This document shows positions 25,050 through 41,358 of a stretch of 64,000 nucleotides of DNA, piece after piece. The stretch covers positions 877-64,876 of the forward strand of contig JBMNPM010000001.1 of the NCBI GenBank assembly GCA_050943595.1, written 5' to 3'. This stretch comes from Thermoleophilia bacterium (GTDB lineage Bacteria; Actinomycetota; Thermoleophilia; RBG-16-64-13). Positions within the stretch are counted from its first letter, which is position 1. Each line of letters begins with the position of its first letter. Made by a program: the position numbers and the translations under genes. Below the pieces are notes generated by a model. That model saw nothing but the letters and a program-made list of their open reading frames with translations. It searched no databases and was not told the DNA's origin.

Positions 25050-25277
25050 AGCCGCTATGTGAGATCTCAGTGGCAGATGTTTGTCACTGAGGTGCGACGT
25101 GATTGCAGCGGCTCCATCGCCGGGTAGTCAGCGGGTGGCAGCATTGGTATACTTCCCGCGCTATCCGCCAGAGACAGCTGGTGCCGCCTGGTGCGGCATA
25201 AGCGGTGGAGGTTTTTGCACCAACCCGCCAGCCGAGGTAGAGAGACAGATACGGCCGCTTTTGCAGCTTGTATACAG

Positions 25278-25315
25278 TCGCCCGCCTCTGCTATCGGAGG
25301 TGGGCGATTTTTTTT
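25278..25315 (+). terminator. Canonical intrinsic terminator/attenuator inside the rplJ (L10) leader, ending 16 nt before the rplJ ATG
   Basis: 11-bp stem TCGCCCGCCTC/GAGGTGGGCGA (one G-U pair), 8-nt loop, then a run of 8 T (25308-25315). The RBS GAGGGAGG follows directly. Confidence 0.75.
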
Positions 25316-25331
25316 GAGGGAGGTGAGATAT

Positions 25332-25856
25332 ATGCCGAAACCAGCCAAGGTCGAAGCGGTTAAACGGATCGCCGATGACCTCAAGTCGTGCGATGTGTAT
25401 TACTTTCTAGATTATCGGGGGCTCACGTTCTCGGAGGCGACGGAGCTACGGGCTCGTTTGGCCAAAGCCGATGCCAGTCTAAAAGTAGTGAAGAACACCC
25501 TCGCCAAGATCGCGGCCAAGGATGCCGGAGTGGATGGGCTCGAGGACATGCTTGCCGGACCCACGGCCATAGCTTATTGCCATGGGGACCCCGTGAACGC
25601 GGCCAAGACCATCCAGGACTTTATCAAGGAAAAGAAGAAGGCCGCGGTTCGAGGCGGCAGGCTTCAGCGGTCTATGCTGGATCCTGCCGGTGTGGCGAGT
25701 GTGGCCTCGTTGCCCACCCGCGAAGTCCTTATCGCCCAGATGGTGGGCGCTGTTGCCGCACCGCTGACGGGTCTGGCCAACGTGTTGAACGGGCCTATCC
25801 GCGGATTGGTGATGACCCTGGGGCAAGTGAGGGACCAGAAGGCGGGCGCCGCCTGA
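25332..25856 (+). CDS. rplJ: 50S ribosomal protein L10
   Basis: MPKPAKVEAVKRIADDLKS... with RBS GAGGGAGG upstream. The ORF-track start 25191 would run through the leader terminator. Confidence 0.93.
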   Translation: MPKPAKVEAVKRIADDLKSCDVYYFLDYRGLTFSEATELRARLAKADASLKVVKNTLAKIAAKDAGVDGLEDMLAGPTAIAYCHGDPVNAAKTIQDFIKEKKKAAVRGGRLQRSMLDPAGVASVASLPTREVLIAQMVGAVAAPLTGLANVLNGPIRGLVMTLGQVRDQKAGAA

Positions 25857-25956
25857 GGGGCGCCTACCGGAACCGGTCGTAGCCTGCTCTGGGTAGAGTC
25901 AGGATCCGATGTGGTCGAAGATCGTTGTGAACCGAACATGAAGGAATGGAACTAAG

Positions 25957-26334
25957 GTGAATGCTCAAGAGCTCATAGAAGAGATCAAGAAGATGTCCGT
26001 TCTCGAGCTGTCTGAAGTGGTGAAGGCTCTAGAAGAAGAATTCGGTGTCAGCGCCGCGATGCCCATGGCGGTTGCTGCTCCTGCAGCTGCGGGTGCTGCC
26101 GCGGCGCCCGAAGAGGAAGAAAAGACTGAGTTCGACGTTATCCTCAAGGCTGCGGGCGAGAAGAAGATCAACGTCATCAAAGTAGTCCGTTCGGTCACCG
26201 GCCTCGGACTCAAGGAGGCGAAGGACCTGGTCGACGGAGCTCCGAATCCTGTCAAGCAGGGCGTGAACAAGGATGAGGCTGAAGATCTGCGCAAGCAACT
26301 CGAGGAAGTCGGGGCCGACGTCGAGGTCAAATAG
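25957..26334 (+). CDS. rplL: 50S ribosomal protein L7/L12
   Basis: Ala-rich hinge and C-terminal domain [27 protein letters not shown]. Confidence 0.97.
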   Translation: MNAQELIEEIKKMSVLELSEVVKALEEEFGVSAAMPMAVAAPAAAGAAAAPEEEEKTEFDVILKAAGEKKINVIKVVRSVTGLGLKEAKDLVDGAPNPVKQGVNKDEAEDLRKQLEEVGADVEVK

Positions 26335-26380
26335 TCATCCAATCATCGCGGCGCCTACGTCGAGTAGGCGCTCGAGGCGC

Positions 26381-26427
26381 GAGCCCAGCAGCACCTGTTT
26401 CGGAAGAGACGAGGTGCTGCTGGGCTC
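26381..26427 (+). terminator. Hairpin between rplL and rpoB (16-bp perfect stem), likely partial terminator/attenuator
   Basis: GAGCCCAGCAGCACCT (26381-26396) pairs with AGGTGCTGCTGGGCTC (26412-26427), followed by GTTGTTCTTCC. Confidence 0.6.
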
Positions 26428-26510
26428 GTTGTTCTTCCGCAAACGTGCTAGCATGCAAGTTTGCGCGTTATGCGCTGTGCAAAAAAACTTGATGCGAGGA
26501 GTGATCCCCT

Positions 26511-29500
26511 TTGGCCGAAAGGAAGACTCCAAGACCGCGTACGTCCTTCTCTAAACTACCGCAAATCTTACAACTTCCCAACCTTATCGCCGTTCAGACA
26601 GATTCGTTCGAGTGGTTCAAGGCCAAAGGCCTAAGAGAGACCATCGACGACATCACACCTATTGAAGACTATACCGGCAACTACGCAGTCGAGTTCGGGG
26701 ATTACCAGTTTAACGATCCGCCTTTGTCCCTCAAGGAATGTCGCGATAAAGACATGACCTACGCGGCGCCCCTGTTTGTGACCATCCGCTTCGTCAACAG
26801 AGAGAGCGGTGAAATCCGCGAGCAGAACGTGTTCATGGGCGACTTCCCCATGATGACCGAACAGGGCACCTTCATCATTAACGGCACTGAGCGGGTGATT
26901 GTCACGCAGTTGGTCCGTTCTCCGGGCGCGTACGTAATGGCTGCCAAGGACCCGACGAAGCAGGTGCTCATCGCCAACCTTATGCCGGCTCGTGGCTCCT
27001 GGTTGGAGTTCGAGATCGACAAGAGGGGGGGCGTCTCCGTACGCATCGACAGGAAGCGTAAACTGCCGGCCACCGTCTTTCTGCGCGCACTGGCCGGGAT
27101 CGACTCGGCGAAGACCAAGGACGACCCCGATCTTCTGTCCAAGGGCACGGACGAGGAGATCCTTGATCTCTTCGACGGCAACCCGTTCATAGCCGCGACA
27201 CTGGAAAGGGATTCGGTTCGCTCGGTGGAAGAGGCTCTGGTCGAACTCTTCAAGAAGCAGCGCCCGGGAGAGCCGCCTACGCTGGAGGCCAGCCGTAATC
27301 TACTCTGGAACATCTGTTTCGACCCCAAACGTTATGATCTTACCCGAGTGGGGCGTCACAAGCTCAATGCCCGGCTCAACCTCGATACAGATTTGGACGT
27401 TCGTACCCTTACCAAGGCCGACATCGTGGCGCTGCTGAGGGAGTTGGTCCAAGTACCATTGGTCATCGATCACGACCATCTGCTCGAAGAGGCCCGTGAT
27501 CTGGCTGAAGTGGCCCCGAGCCTGCCCTGGGATGAAGTCGCCAACCGGCTTGATGAGTACGAGCACTTCGGAAATCGCCGGCTCCGCATGGTTGGCGAGT
27601 TGGTGCAGGAGGCCTTCAGGGTGGGACTCTACCGCATGGAGCGCGTCGTACGGGAGCGCATGACCACGGAAGACGTCGACACCATTACTCCGCAGTCCAT
27701 CATAAATATCCGTCCGGTGGTAGCGGCACTCAAAGAGTTCTTTGGTAGCTCGCAGTTGTCCCAATTCATGGACCAGACCAACTCATTGGCTGGACTTACC
27801 CATCGTCGACGGCTTTCCGCCCTGGGTGCCGGGGGCCTGACCCGCGAGCGGGCCCCTATCGAAGTGCGCGACGTGCATCCTACCCACTACGGCCGTATGT
27901 GTCCTATCGAGACGCCGGAGGGGCCCAACATCGGCCTCATCGGCTCCCTGGCCAGTTATGCCACCGTGAACGAGTTTGGGTTCATCCAGAGCCCGTACCG
28001 CAAAGTCGTCGACGGCAAGGTTACCGACGAGATCCAGTGGCTGACCGCCTATGCGGAAGAGAAGCACACCATCGCTCAGGCCAACGCCCCTATCAATCTT
28101 GAGACCCGGGACTTCTTGGAAGATACCGTCTTGGCACGGGCACCGGGAGGTGAGTACGTCAGTGCGCGCCGGCAGGATATCGACTACATGGATATCTCGC
28201 CGCAGCAGATTGTCTCTGTGGCTACGGCCTTGGTGCCCTTCCTCGAACACAACGATGCCAACCGGGCCCTCATGGGGTCGAATATGCAGCGTCAGGCGGT
28301 GCCCCTGTTGCGATCCGAGGCGCCGTTGATTGGCACGGGTATGGAATACCGTTCCGCGGTGGATACAGGCGACGTTCTGCTGTCGAAAAAGGCAGGTCGG
28401 GTCCGGGGTGTCTCGGCCGATCGCATCTTGATCGAGACCGACCAGGGCGACATCGAATCGTATGATCTGCTCAAGTTCGAGCGCTCGAACCAGGGTACCT
28501 TCATCCACCAGAAGCCGGTTGTGGACGTGGGTGATGAGGTGGTGCCGGGGTCGGTCTTGGCCGACGGGGCCTCTACAGCCCGGGGAGAACTTGCCTTGGG
28601 CCGCAATCTCCTGGTGGCTTTCATGAGTTGGGAGGGTTACAACTTCGAGGACTCTATCGTCATCAGCGAGCGGGTCGTCAAGGACGACATCCTGACGTCG
28701 GTTCACATCGAGGAGTACGAGGTCGAAGCGCGTTCCACCAAGCTGGGTGATGAGGAAATAACCCGCGACATCCCTAATCGTTCGGAGGAATCGCTGGCCG
28801 ATCTCGACGAGTTCGGGATTGTGCGTATAGGTGCTGAGGTGTCGTCTGGGGACCTCCTGGTGGGCAAGATCACGCCCAAGGGGGAGACCGAGCTCACAGC
28901 GGAGGAGAAGCTTATCCGGGCTATTTTCAAAGAGAAGGCCCGCGAGGTACGCGATACGTCGCTCAAGGTCCCGCATGGTGAGAAAGGCGTCGTCATCGAC
29001 GTCAAGGAGTTCTCGCGCGAAGACGGTGACGATCTCTCTCCCGGCGTCAATCGCCTGGTGCGGGTATATGTAGCCAAGAAGCGCAAAATCGCCGAGGGCG
29101 ACAAGCTGGCCGGCCGGCACGGCAACAAGGGGGTTGTCTCTAAGATCGTGCCGGAGGAGGATATGCCCTTCCTGCAGGATGGTACGCCGGTCGATATCGT
29201 GCTCAACCCTCTGGGTGTGCCTTCACGTATGAACATCGGACAGGTGATGGAGACCCACCTGGGCTGGGCCGCGCACCACGGCTTCTGCCGGATCAAGCGT
29301 AATGCATTGGAGATGGACGCAGCTGAGGTCGCCGACAGCGACTGCCTGAGCACGGCGGAGCAAATCGAGTTGGTGCGCAGGTACTACGATGTTTTTGATG
29401 CGGATACGGCCGAAGGTCCTCAGCCCGTCTCCACCCCGGTTTTTGATGGCGCCAGCCAGGTCGAAGTCGATGAAGCTTTGATGGGCTGGGTTCTCGCGCA

Positions 29501-30269
29501 TCCAGAGTTGGCGCAGGACCCTCTGGCGGTGAAGATGCCTATCAGCCTTGATAATAATCCGGGCACGCGTGTGGCCGGCAAGGTCAAGCTGTTTAATGGC
29601 CGCACCGGAGAGCCGTATGATCACAACATCACCGTCGGCTACATGTACATGCTCAAACTGCACCATCTCGTCGATGACAAGATCCATGCCCGCTCGACCG
29701 GTCCGTATTCGCTTGTGACCCAGCAGCCGTTGGGCGGCAAAGCCCAGTTCGGCGGCCAGCGCTTCGGGGAGATGGAAGTGTGGGCTCTCGAAGCATATGG
29801 AGCGGCCTACACGCTGCAGGAGATGCTCACCATCAAGTCCGACGATACCCAGGGACGGGTCAAGGCTTACGAGGCCATCGTCAAGGGCGAGAACATCGCA
29901 AAGCCTGGTGTGCCGGAGTCCTTCAAAGTGCTGCTCAAGGAGATGCAGTCTCTGGCTCTCGACATCCAGGTGATGAGTGAGGAGGGTAGCTCTCTCGAGG
30001 TGGCCGAGGAGGAGGATGATCTGCTTCGGGCGGCCGAGGAGTTGGGTATCGACCTATCCGCTCGGTATCGGACTGAGGAGCGGGCCATAGAGACGGAGGC
30101 CGCCATTGTCCCCACGTATACCGGTTCGGAACTCGATGAGCAGCCGGACGATGAGGAAGAATCCGACGAGTTCGAAGGCGCACCTGAAATCGAGACACAC
30201 GAGATCGATCTGGGCGCCGCTCCCACAGGTCCCTTGTTCTCCTCTCCTCTTGCCGATGAAGCTGAATAG
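26511..30269 (+). CDS. rpoB: DNA-directed RNA polymerase subunit beta
   Basis: 1252 aa; [67 protein letters not shown] start. Acidic C-terminal tail. Confidence 0.98.
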   Translation: MAERKTPRPRTSFSKLPQILQLPNLIAVQTDSFEWFKAKGLRETIDDITPIEDYTGNYAVEFGDYQFNDPPLSLKECRDKDMTYAAPLFVTIRFVNRESGEIREQNVFMGDFPMMTEQGTFIINGTERVIVTQLVRSPGAYVMAAKDPTKQVLIANLMPARGSWLEFEIDKRGGVSVRIDRKRKLPATVFLRALAGIDSAKTKDDPDLLSKGTDEEILDLFDGNPFIAATLERDSVRSVEEALVELFKKQRPGEPPTLEASRNLLWNICFDPKRYDLTRVGRHKLNARLNLDTDLDVRTLTKADIVALLRELVQVPLVIDHDHLLEEARDLAEVAPSLPWDEVANRLDEYEHFGNRRLRMVGELVQEAFRVGLYRMERVVRERMTTEDVDTITPQSIINIRPVVAALKEFFGSSQLSQFMDQTNSLAGLTHRRRLSALGAGGLTRERAPIEVRDVHPTHYGRMCPIETPEGPNIGLIGSLASYATVNEFGFIQSPYRKVVDGKVTDEIQWLTAYAEEKHTIAQANAPINLETRDFLEDTVLARAPGGEYVSARRQDIDYMDISPQQIVSVATALVPFLEHNDANRALMGSNMQRQAVPLLRSEAPLIGTGMEYRSAVDTGDVLLSKKAGRVRGVSADRILIETDQGDIESYDLLKFERSNQGTFIHQKPVVDVGDEVVPGSVLADGASTARGELALGRNLLVAFMSWEGYNFEDSIVISERVVKDDILTSVHIEEYEVEARSTKLGDEEITRDIPNRSEESLADLDEFGIVRIGAEVSSGDLLVGKITPKGETELTAEEKLIRAIFKEKAREVRDTSLKVPHGEKGVVIDVKEFSREDGDDLSPGVNRLVRVYVAKKRKIAEGDKLAGRHGNKGVVSKIVPEEDMPFLQDGTPVDIVLNPLGVPSRMNIGQVMETHLGWAAHHGFCRIKRNALEMDAAEVADSDCLSTAEQIELVRRYYDVFDADTAEGPQPVSTPVFDGASQVEVDEALMGWVLAHPELAQDPLAVKMPISLDNNPGTRVAGKVKLFNGRTGEPYDHNITVGYMYMLKLHHLVDDKIHARSTGPYSLVTQQPLGGKAQFGGQRFGEMEVWALEAYGAAYTLQEMLTIKSDDTQGRVKAYEAIVKGENIAKPGVPESFKVLLKEMQSLALDIQVMSEEGSSLEVAEEEDDLLRAAEELGIDLSARYRTEERAIETEAAIVPTYTGSELDEQPDDEEESDEFEGAPEIETHEIDLGAAPTGPLFSSPLADEAE

Positions 30270-30278
30270 GAGCCATTC

Positions 30279-34622
<4,344 letters not shown>

Positions 34623-34785
34623 CCGGGGTTGCTGCAGGTAGCGAGGCTGCGTCCGTGCGGCTTCCCGGGCCATGACGTCGTGATGGGTCGGATGCTGATC
34701 ATCCGGCTCATCACGCTGGGCGGCTGCTGAAATAAAGCCCCGGCCGCCGGAACGCACTGAGCGGCACGATAGTACGTCATCGGTC

Positions 34786-34826
34786 GCGCGAATAGCGCTG
34801 CTATTCGCGCCTCCTCTATTTTTCTC
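34786..34826 (+). terminator. Intrinsic terminator downstream of rpoC
   Basis: GCGCGAATAG (34786-34795) pairs with CTATTCGCGC (34801-34810), 5-nt loop, then CTCCTCTATTTTTCTCTT. Confidence 0.7.
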
Positions 34827-35045
34827 TTGCACGTGCTGACCCGCGTTCCGGCGGCGAAGTGTCATAGTTCAGCAGCCTTGTAGCGACCGCAGCCGACTTC
34901 GCCCGGTCGATTGACTGCACGTGCGTTCTGGTGAGGTAGGAGCCTGTGTCTTACTTTCGATCGCGCTCGGGGAATCCGGCCTGTCAATAGTCGATTCTGG
35001 GCAGTCATGTCCCTCTAGAAGGCTCCCGGTATCGATAGGTCGTCC

Positions 35046-35074
35046 TTGCAGGGCGGAGTGGGCTTTGTTATACT
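35046..35074 (+). promoter_or_regulatory. Candidate promoter of the str operon (rpsL-rpsG-fusA-tuf)
   Basis: TTGCAG (35046-35051), 17-nt spacer, TATACT (35069-35074), about 105 nt upstream of the rpsL start. Confidence 0.5.
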
Positions 35075-35179
35075 TCGCCGCCGCCGCGCGTTCAAGTGCG
35101 TGATATACCCTTGCGTACGCGGCCTTTTATATCAGCGATATCAATATCAGCGCTTAGCGATAACAGATGAGGAGCATTT

Positions 35180-35551
35180 GTGCCAACAATCAACCAGCTA
35201 ATCCGCAAGGGCAGGCAGGAAGAGTCCAAGAGGACCAAGACCCCAGCTCTTAAGGGTGCACCCCAGAAGAGGGGCGTTTGCACGCGTGTATACACCACTA
35301 CGCCCAAGAAGCCCAACTCGGCCCTGAGGAAAGTGGCACGTGTGCGGCTGGTCAACGGCATGGAAGTTACGGCCTACATCCCCGGGATCGGCCATAATCT
35401 CCAGGAGCACTCCGTAGTCTTGATTAGAGGCGGCAGGGTTAAAGACCTCCCAGGCGTCCGTTACAAGATCGTCCGTGCGGCCCTTGACGCGGCCGGAGTG
35501 GCCAATCGCAAGCAGGGGCGCTCCAAGTACGGCGTCAAGCTGAACAGCTAG
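35180..35551 (+). CDS. rpsL: 30S ribosomal protein S12
   Basis: [11 protein letters not shown]...[16 protein letters not shown]; GTG start. Confidence 0.98.
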   Translation: MPTINQLIRKGRQEESKRTKTPALKGAPQKRGVCTRVYTTTPKKPNSALRKVARVRLVNGMEVTAYIPGIGHNLQEHSVVLIRGGRVKDLPGVRYKIVRAALDAAGVANRKQGRSKYGVKLNS

Positions 35552-35570
35552 GACAGGAAGGCAACGCAGT

Positions 35571-36041
35571 ATGGCTAGAAGAGCTAGGGCACCCAAGAGG
35601 GAAATCCAGCCCGACCCTATTTATCGCAGCCGTCTGGTGACCCAGATGGTCAATCGTATGATGCTCGACGGCAAGAAGTCGACATCCGAGCGCATCATGT
35701 ACGATGCGATGAACCTTCTGCGCGAACGTACGGGCAGCGATCCCGCTACAGTACTCAAGGACGCGGTTGAGAACGTACGGCCGGCCCTCGAAGTGCGCTC
35801 CCGGCGGGTCGGCGGCGCCAACTACCAGGTACCTGTCGAGGTGCCTACACGTCGCTCGTATACGTTGGCGATCCGTTGGATCATCATACATAGTCGGGCG
35901 CGTCGCGAGCACAGCATGGCTGAGAGATTGGCCGGCGAACTGCTCGATGGTTTCAATCGTAGCGGCGCGACCATGAAGAAGAAGGAAGATCTCCTGCGGA
36001 TGGCCGAAGCCAACAAGGCATTCGCCCATTATCGCTGGTAG
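35571..36041 (+). CDS. rpsG: 30S ribosomal protein S7
   Basis: [24 protein letters not shown]...[10 protein letters not shown]. Confidence 0.98.
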   Translation: MARRARAPKREIQPDPIYRSRLVTQMVNRMMLDGKKSTSERIMYDAMNLLRERTGSDPATVLKDAVENVRPALEVRSRRVGGANYQVPVEVPTRRSYTLAIRWIIIHSRARREHSMAERLAGELLDGFNRSGATMKKKEDLLRMAEANKAFAHYRW

Positions 36042-36079
36042 CGGACGCGCGAAAGAGCGCGAGTTTAGGAACAGCATAC

Positions 36080-38209
36080 GTGACACAGGTAGCGGCACAT
36101 AAATCCGATACAAAGGCGGCTCGCAAGTATCCGCTGGAGATGGTCCGGAACATAGGCATTATGGCGCACATCGATGCCGGCAAAACCACTACGACCGAGC
36201 GCATACTTTACTACACGGGCCGTACGTACAAGCTCGGCGAAGTACACGACGGCGCGGCGGTGATGGACTGGATGGCTCAGGAGCAGGAGCGGGGTATCAC
36301 CATCACCTCAGCCGCCACTACGTGTATGTGGCGCGACCATCGAGTGAACATTATAGATACACCCGGGCACGTGGACTTCACCATGGAAGTCGAGCGATCC
36401 CTGCGGGTTCTTGATGGAGCCATCGCACTGTTCTGCTCGGTGTCGGGGGTGGAGCCCCAATCGGAGACCGTATGGCGGCAGGCTGACAAGTATCACGTAC
36501 CCCGCATCGCCTTCATCAATAAGATGGACCGGGTAGGGGCGGATTTCATGCACAGCATGCAGATGATGGTTGATCGCCTCCATGCCCGGCCTCTTGCGAT
36601 TCAATTGCCGGTCGGCCGGGAAGACACCTTCCGGGGCGTTGTTGATCTGGTCCGTATGGTGGCCTACATCTACGATGATGAGATGGGTGTCCACTGGCAG
36701 GAAACTGCTATTCCGGAAGATATGGACTCGCTCGCTCAGGCTGAGCGCACACATATGATCGAGATGTTGGCTGAGTCCGACGACGAACTCATGATGGACT
36801 ACTTAGAGGGCGCGACTATTACGGAGGAGCGTCTCAAGGCCGTGATCCGCAAGGCGACCCTCAACATGGACCTCATCCCAGTTCTGTGCGGGTCCTCGTT
36901 CAAGAACAAGGGCATCCAGATGCTCGTTGATGCCGTGATCGACTATCTTCCTTCCCCCGCGGACATCCCGGCGGTGGAAGGTACCAATCCTGTCAATGGT
37001 GAGCTTATGGTGCGGCATGCGGATGACGGGGAGCCTTTTTCGGCCATCGCCTTCAAGATCATGTCCGATCCTTTCGTGGGCAAACTCACCTACTTCCGGG
37101 TCTACTCCGGCACCCTCAAGGCGGGCTCATACGTCTACAACGTGAGCAAGCAGAGGAAGGAGCGTATCGGACGTATCCTGCAGATGCACGCCAATCACCG
37201 TGAGGACATCACGCAGGTATTTGCCGGCGACATTGCGGCTGCGGTTGGACTCAAGAACACCACCACCGGTGACACTCTGTGTGATGCCGGCGGAGGCATC
37301 CTGCTCGAAGCCATCGAGTTCCCAGAGCCCGTTATCCACGTTGCCATTGAGCCAAAGACCAAGGCGGATCAGGACCGGCTCTCCGAGAGTCTCATGAAGT
37401 TGTCCGAGGAGGACCCCACGTTCCGTGTGCGGATCGACGAGGAGACGGGTCAGACCATTATCGCCGGCATGGGAGAACTTCACCTTGAGATCATCGTCGA
37501 TCGACTGTTGCGGGAGTTTAAGGTCGATGCCGACGTCGGGCGGCCTCAGGTTGCCTATCGGGAAGGTATTACCAAGGCGGTTCCCAAGGCCGAGGCACGC
37601 TTCGTCCGGCAGACGGGTGGTCGTGGACAATACGGCCACGTGGTCATCAGCATGGAGCCCAATGAGTATGGGGCCGGCCTGACATTCGAGAACAAGATCG
37701 TCGGCGGAGCAGTACCCAAGGAGTACATACCGGCCATCCAAGCCGGTATCGCCGAAGCTGTGGAGACCGGCGTCTTGGCTGGGTTCCCGGTGGAGGATGT
37801 CAAGGTGGAATTGATAGACGGGTCGTATCACGAGGTGGACTCCTCGGAGATGGCCTTTAAGATTGCCGGATCAATGGCGTTCAGGGAAGCGGCCAAGAAG
37901 GCGCATCCGGTGTTGCTCGAACCGGTGGAGGATGTCGAGGTAGTGGTGCCTGAGGAATACATGGGCGACGTTATGGGCGACCTAAACGGACGTCGTGGGC
38001 ATATCTCGGGCATGGAGCCGAGGGCTGGAGCGCAGGTCATCAGTTCCACGGTGCCTCTGGCCCAGATGTTCGGGTACGCTACCGACCTCCGGTCGCTGAC
38101 CCAGGGGCGGGCTACGTATACCATGCAGTTCAGTCACTACGCGGAAGTGCCCAGTGGCCTCGCGCAAGAGATAATCGCCCAGCAGGGCGGCAGTAAACTG
38201 ATCGACTGA
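36080..38209 (+). CDS. fusA: Elongation factor G
   Basis: [36 protein letters not shown], 709 aa. Confidence 0.98.
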   Translation: MTQVAAHKSDTKAARKYPLEMVRNIGIMAHIDAGKTTTTERILYYTGRTYKLGEVHDGAAVMDWMAQEQERGITITSAATTCMWRDHRVNIIDTPGHVDFTMEVERSLRVLDGAIALFCSVSGVEPQSETVWRQADKYHVPRIAFINKMDRVGADFMHSMQMMVDRLHARPLAIQLPVGREDTFRGVVDLVRMVAYIYDDEMGVHWQETAIPEDMDSLAQAERTHMIEMLAESDDELMMDYLEGATITEERLKAVIRKATLNMDLIPVLCGSSFKNKGIQMLVDAVIDYLPSPADIPAVEGTNPVNGELMVRHADDGEPFSAIAFKIMSDPFVGKLTYFRVYSGTLKAGSYVYNVSKQRKERIGRILQMHANHREDITQVFAGDIAAAVGLKNTTTGDTLCDAGGGILLEAIEFPEPVIHVAIEPKTKADQDRLSESLMKLSEEDPTFRVRIDEETGQTIIAGMGELHLEIIVDRLLREFKVDADVGRPQVAYREGITKAVPKAEARFVRQTGGRGQYGHVVISMEPNEYGAGLTFENKIVGGAVPKEYIPAIQAGIAEAVETGVLAGFPVEDVKVELIDGSYHEVDSSEMAFKIAGSMAFREAAKKAHPVLLEPVEDVEVVVPEEYMGDVMGDLNGRRGHISGMEPRAGAQVISSTVPLAQMFGYATDLRSLTQGRATYTMQFSHYAEVPSGLAQEIIAQQGGSKLID

Positions 38210-38274
38210 TTAAGGAAATCGGTCGCCTGGGTGCGGCGACCGCCCGAGTAATCGGGCAGAAAGGGAGGATCAAA

Positions 38275-39480
38275 GTGGCGAAGCAGAAATTCGAGCGGAA
38301 CAAGACTCACGTCAACGTAGGCACCATCGGCCACGTCGACCATGGGAAGACCACCCTCACGGCCGCCATTAGTAGATGTTTGGCAGTGAATAACCCCAAT
38401 ATTCAGTCCCGGAGCTTCGACTCCATCGACAATGCCCCCGAAGAGCGCGAGCGCGGTATCACCATAGCCACCTCCCATGTGGAGTACGAGACCGAGAGCC
38501 GGCACTATGCGCACGTCGACTGCCCCGGTCATGCCGACTACATCAAGAACATGATCACGGGTGCGGCGCAGATGGACGGCGCCATCCTAGTGGTTTCGGC
38601 TGCTGATGGGCCCATGCCGCAGACTCGTGAGCATATTCTGCTCGCCCGACAGGTCGGCGTGCCGTACATCGTCGTCTTCCTCAATAAGGCCGACATGGTG
38701 GACGATCCCGAACTGCTTGAGCTGGTGGAGATGGAAGTCCGGGAACTGCTGAGCGAATACGAGTTTCCCGGCGACGACATCCCCATCATTATTGGATCGG
38801 CTCTTGCAGCTTTGGAGCACGGCTGCGGCGACCGCAGTTGCCCCCAGTGCAAGCCCATCTGGGACTTGGCCGCCGCGTTGGACAGCTATATCCCGGATCC
38901 TGAGCGGGCCATCGACAAGCCGTTCCTCATGCCTATCGAGGACGTGTTTAGCATCCAGGGGCGCGGTACTGTGGTCACCGGCCGGGTTGAGCGCGGTATG
39001 GTCAAAGTCGGCGATAACGTGGAGATGGTCGGCCTGAAGCCGGAGAGCACCAAGACGGTGGCCACCGGGGTGGAGATGTTCCGCAAGCTGCTCGATGAGG
39101 GTCGTGCCGGTGACAACGTGGGTGTCCTCCTTCGTGGTATCAAGCGCGAAGATGTCGAGCGCGGTATGGTCCTCGCCCAGCCGGGCAGCATCACTCCGCA
39201 CACTGAGTTCCAGGCTCAGGTCTACGTGTTGTCCCGCGAAGAAGGCGGTCGTCACACCCCGTTCTTCAATGGTTATCGTCCGCAGTTCTACTTCCGCACT
39301 ACCGACGTGACGGGCGACGTGACCCTGGACGAGGGTGTCGAGATGGTCATGCCGGGCGACAACGCTTCTGTCACGGCCAAGCTCATCACCCCCATTGCCA
39401 TGGAAGAAGGTCTCCGCTTCGCCATCCGTGAGGGTGGACGTACGGTGGGGGCCGGCGCCGTCACCAAGATCTTCAAGTAG
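38275..39480 (+). CDS. tuf: Elongation factor Tu
   Basis: [53 protein letters not shown] Cys-rich insert sits in domain 1 (see findings). Confidence 0.98.
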   Translation: MAKQKFERNKTHVNVGTIGHVDHGKTTLTAAISRCLAVNNPNIQSRSFDSIDNAPEERERGITIATSHVEYETESRHYAHVDCPGHADYIKNMITGAAQMDGAILVVSAADGPMPQTREHILLARQVGVPYIVVFLNKADMVDDPELLELVEMEVRELLSEYEFPGDDIPIIIGSALAALEHGCGDRSCPQCKPIWDLAAALDSYIPDPERAIDKPFLMPIEDVFSIQGRGTVVTGRVERGMVKVGDNVEMVGLKPESTKTVATGVEMFRKLLDEGRAGDNVGVLLRGIKREDVERGMVLAQPGSITPHTEFQAQVYVLSREEGGRHTPFFNGYRPQFYFRTTDVTGDVTLDEGVEMVMPGDNASVTAKLITPIAMEEGLRFAIREGGRTVGAGAVTKIFK

Positions 39481-39491
39481 GAGTCGATTCG

Positions 39492-39800
39492 GTGGCACAA
39501 CAGAAGATACGTATCAGGCTCAAGGCCTACGACCACGAGCTGGTCGACAAGAGCGCTCGGAGCATCGTCGAGACGGCTGAGCGCACCGGTGCCACCATTT
39601 CCGGCCCGGTCCCTCTGCCGACGGAGAAGAACGTGTACTGCGTCATCCGCGGCCCGTTCAAAGACAAGGACGCTCGTGAGCATTTCGAGATCAGGACGCA
39701 TAAGCGCCTGATCGACATCCATCAGCCTACCCCTAAGACGGTGGATTCGTTGATGCGCATGGATCTGCCTGCCGGCGTAGACATTGAGATTAAACTGTGA
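39492..39800 (+). CDS. rpsJ: 30S ribosomal protein S10
   Basis: [30 protein letters not shown]. Confidence 0.98.
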   Translation: MAQQKIRIRLKAYDHELVDKSARSIVETAERTGATISGPVPLPTEKNVYCVIRGPFKDKDAREHFEIRTHKRLIDIHQPTPKTVDSLMRMDLPAGVDIEIKL

Positions 39801-40408
39801 TGAAGACACTGCTAGGAACAAAACTGGGCATGACCCAGTTCTTCGAAGACGACGGCACGGTCGTCCGCTGCACGGTCATACAGGCCGGCCCCTGCGTTGT
39901 CACGCAGAGGAAGACGGTGGAGACCGATGGCTACGCCGCGACCCAAATCGCCTACGGCGATACCAAGGCAAAGCGGCTCAACAAGCCCCTGCTCGGCCAC
40001 CTGAAGAAGGCGGGCGTCGGCCCGAAGCGCCATCTTGTCGAGGTGCGCGGAGAGCATGAGTTGAACGTGGGTGATGCGGTTACCGTGGACACGTTCGCGG
40101 CTGGCGACAAAGTAAAGGTCACCGGTGTGAGTAAGGGGAAAGGCTTCCAGGGTGTGATGAAGCGGCACGGGTTCGCCGGGGGGCCTGCCTATCACGGCAC
40201 TCACTTCCATCGTGCTCCGGGCTCCATCAGCGCCTCCGCCGATCCGGCCCGCGTGTATCCAGGAACCAAACTCCCTGGACAGATGGGGAATGTGCGGGTC
40301 ACGCAAACGGGCCTCACTGTGGTAGCGACAGATTCCGACAAGAACTTGGTGTTTGTCAAAGGCGCCGTCCCAGGGAGCAAGGGTTCCCTGGTCGTGATCA
40401 GAGGTTAG
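39797..40408 (+). CDS. rplC: 50S ribosomal protein L3
   Basis: [12 protein letters not shown]...[18 protein letters not shown]; start is GTG 39797 or ATG 39800. Confidence 0.97.
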   Translation: MMKTLLGTKLGMTQFFEDDGTVVRCTVIQAGPCVVTQRKTVETDGYAATQIAYGDTKAKRLNKPLLGHLKKAGVGPKRHLVEVRGEHELNVGDAVTVDTFAAGDKVKVTGVSKGKGFQGVMKRHGFAGGPAYHGTHFHRAPGSISASADPARVYPGTKLPGQMGNVRVTQTGLTVVATDSDKNLVFVKGAVPGSKGSLVVIRG

Positions 40409-40412
40409 GCCT

Positions 40413-41051
40413 ATGCCATCTATCGACAGAATCGACGAGAATGGAGTGGTCGTCGGCCAACGTGAACTTGCGGCCGGCCTGCTGCAGGACCGGATTGACA
40501 TCGGTCTCCTACATCAGGTGGTCACCGCAGAGCTTGCTGCGCACCGTCAAGGAACGAGCGCTGCCAAGACCAGAGGTGAGGTGGCCGGTAGCGGCGCCAA
40601 GGAATGGCGACAGAAAGGTACCGGACGGGCGCGCGCAGGTTCGGGGAAGGTGGCCCATTTCACCGGCGGCGGTGTGGCTTTCCCGCCGAACCCGCGCAGC
40701 TACGCGGTCAAGATCAATAAGAAGGTCCGGTCCCAGGCTTTTCGTATGGCACTGACCGACCTAGTGGCCGGAGGTACGGTTCGGGTGATACCCGGGGCCA
40801 TTTTCAATGAACCCTCAACGAAGTCCGCGGCCGGATTTCTCAAGAAGTCTTCGGTGGACGCCCCACTGCTCGTGCTTGTGGGGACAGACGAGATCGCGGC
40901 GCTGAAGAGCTTTCGCAACCTTCCCAACACGCGGGCGCTGCCGGTTGGTGAGGCGGAAGTCCAAGATTACGTCTGGGCGAAGAGCCTCGTGTTCACGGAG
41001 GCGGCACTGGCCTTCCTGGAACGTGGTCTCAGTGAAGGCGGTGAGGTGTGA
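40413..41051 (+). CDS. rplD: 50S ribosomal protein L4
   Basis: KTRGEVAGSGAKEWRQKGTGRARAGS. Confidence 0.96.
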   Translation: MPSIDRIDENGVVVGQRELAAGLLQDRIDIGLLHQVVTAELAAHRQGTSAAKTRGEVAGSGAKEWRQKGTGRARAGSGKVAHFTGGGVAFPPNPRSYAVKINKKVRSQAFRMALTDLVAGGTVRVIPGAIFNEPSTKSAAGFLKKSSVDAPLLVLVGTDEIAALKSFRNLPNTRALPVGEAEVQDYVWAKSLVFTEAALAFLERGLSEGGEV

Positions 41052-41335
41052 TGGACGCTCGTCAGATTATCGTGCGCCCTGTTGTCTCTGAGAAGAGCTA
41101 CCGGGCTATCGAGAGCAATCGCTATTCGTTTGAGGTGAACCACCGGGCCAGTAAGCACCATATCCGGGCGGCCGTGGAGGAGATCTTCAAGGTCAAGGTC
41201 ATCGGTGTACAAACGATCAACGTCAAGCCGAAGCCCAAGCGTCGCGGTGCCCACGCGGGGACCACGCGCCGGTGGAAGAAGGCTGTGGTCGAGCTTGCTC
41301 CGGGCAATCGGATCGAGTTCTTCGGCGCCACGTAG
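41048..41335 (+). CDS. rplW: 50S ribosomal protein L23
   Basis: IIVRPVVSEKSYRAIESNRYSFEV; overlaps the rplD stop. Confidence 0.96.
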   Translation: MMDARQIIVRPVVSEKSYRAIESNRYSFEVNHRASKHHIRAAVEEIFKVKVIGVQTINVKPKPKRRGAHAGTTRRWKKAVVELAPGNRIEFFGAT

Positions 41336-41358
41336 TAGAGAGGAAGCGGTAAGAGGAA

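Noticed and set aside
25191-25331. N-terminal 47-aa extension of rplJ suggested by the ORF track
   Set aside because: The extension runs through the leader terminator hairpin and T-run. The conserved L10 N-terminus (MPKPAKVEAV) begins at ATG 25332 with a strong RBS.
27783-29120. 445-aa minus-strand ORF inside rpoB, plus similar long antisense ORFs at 38587-39498 (tuf), 48631-49860 (secY), 33126-33815 and 34089-34865 (rpoC)
   Set aside because: All are antisense to essential, unambiguous genes. They have no RBS and no family resemblance, so they are GC-rich shadow ORFs.
35129-35152. 9-bp direct repeat ATATCAGCG x2 in the rpsL 5' leader
   Set aside because: It is probably part of the str-operon leader or the promoter-proximal AT-rich region. 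It is too short to interpret without comparative data.
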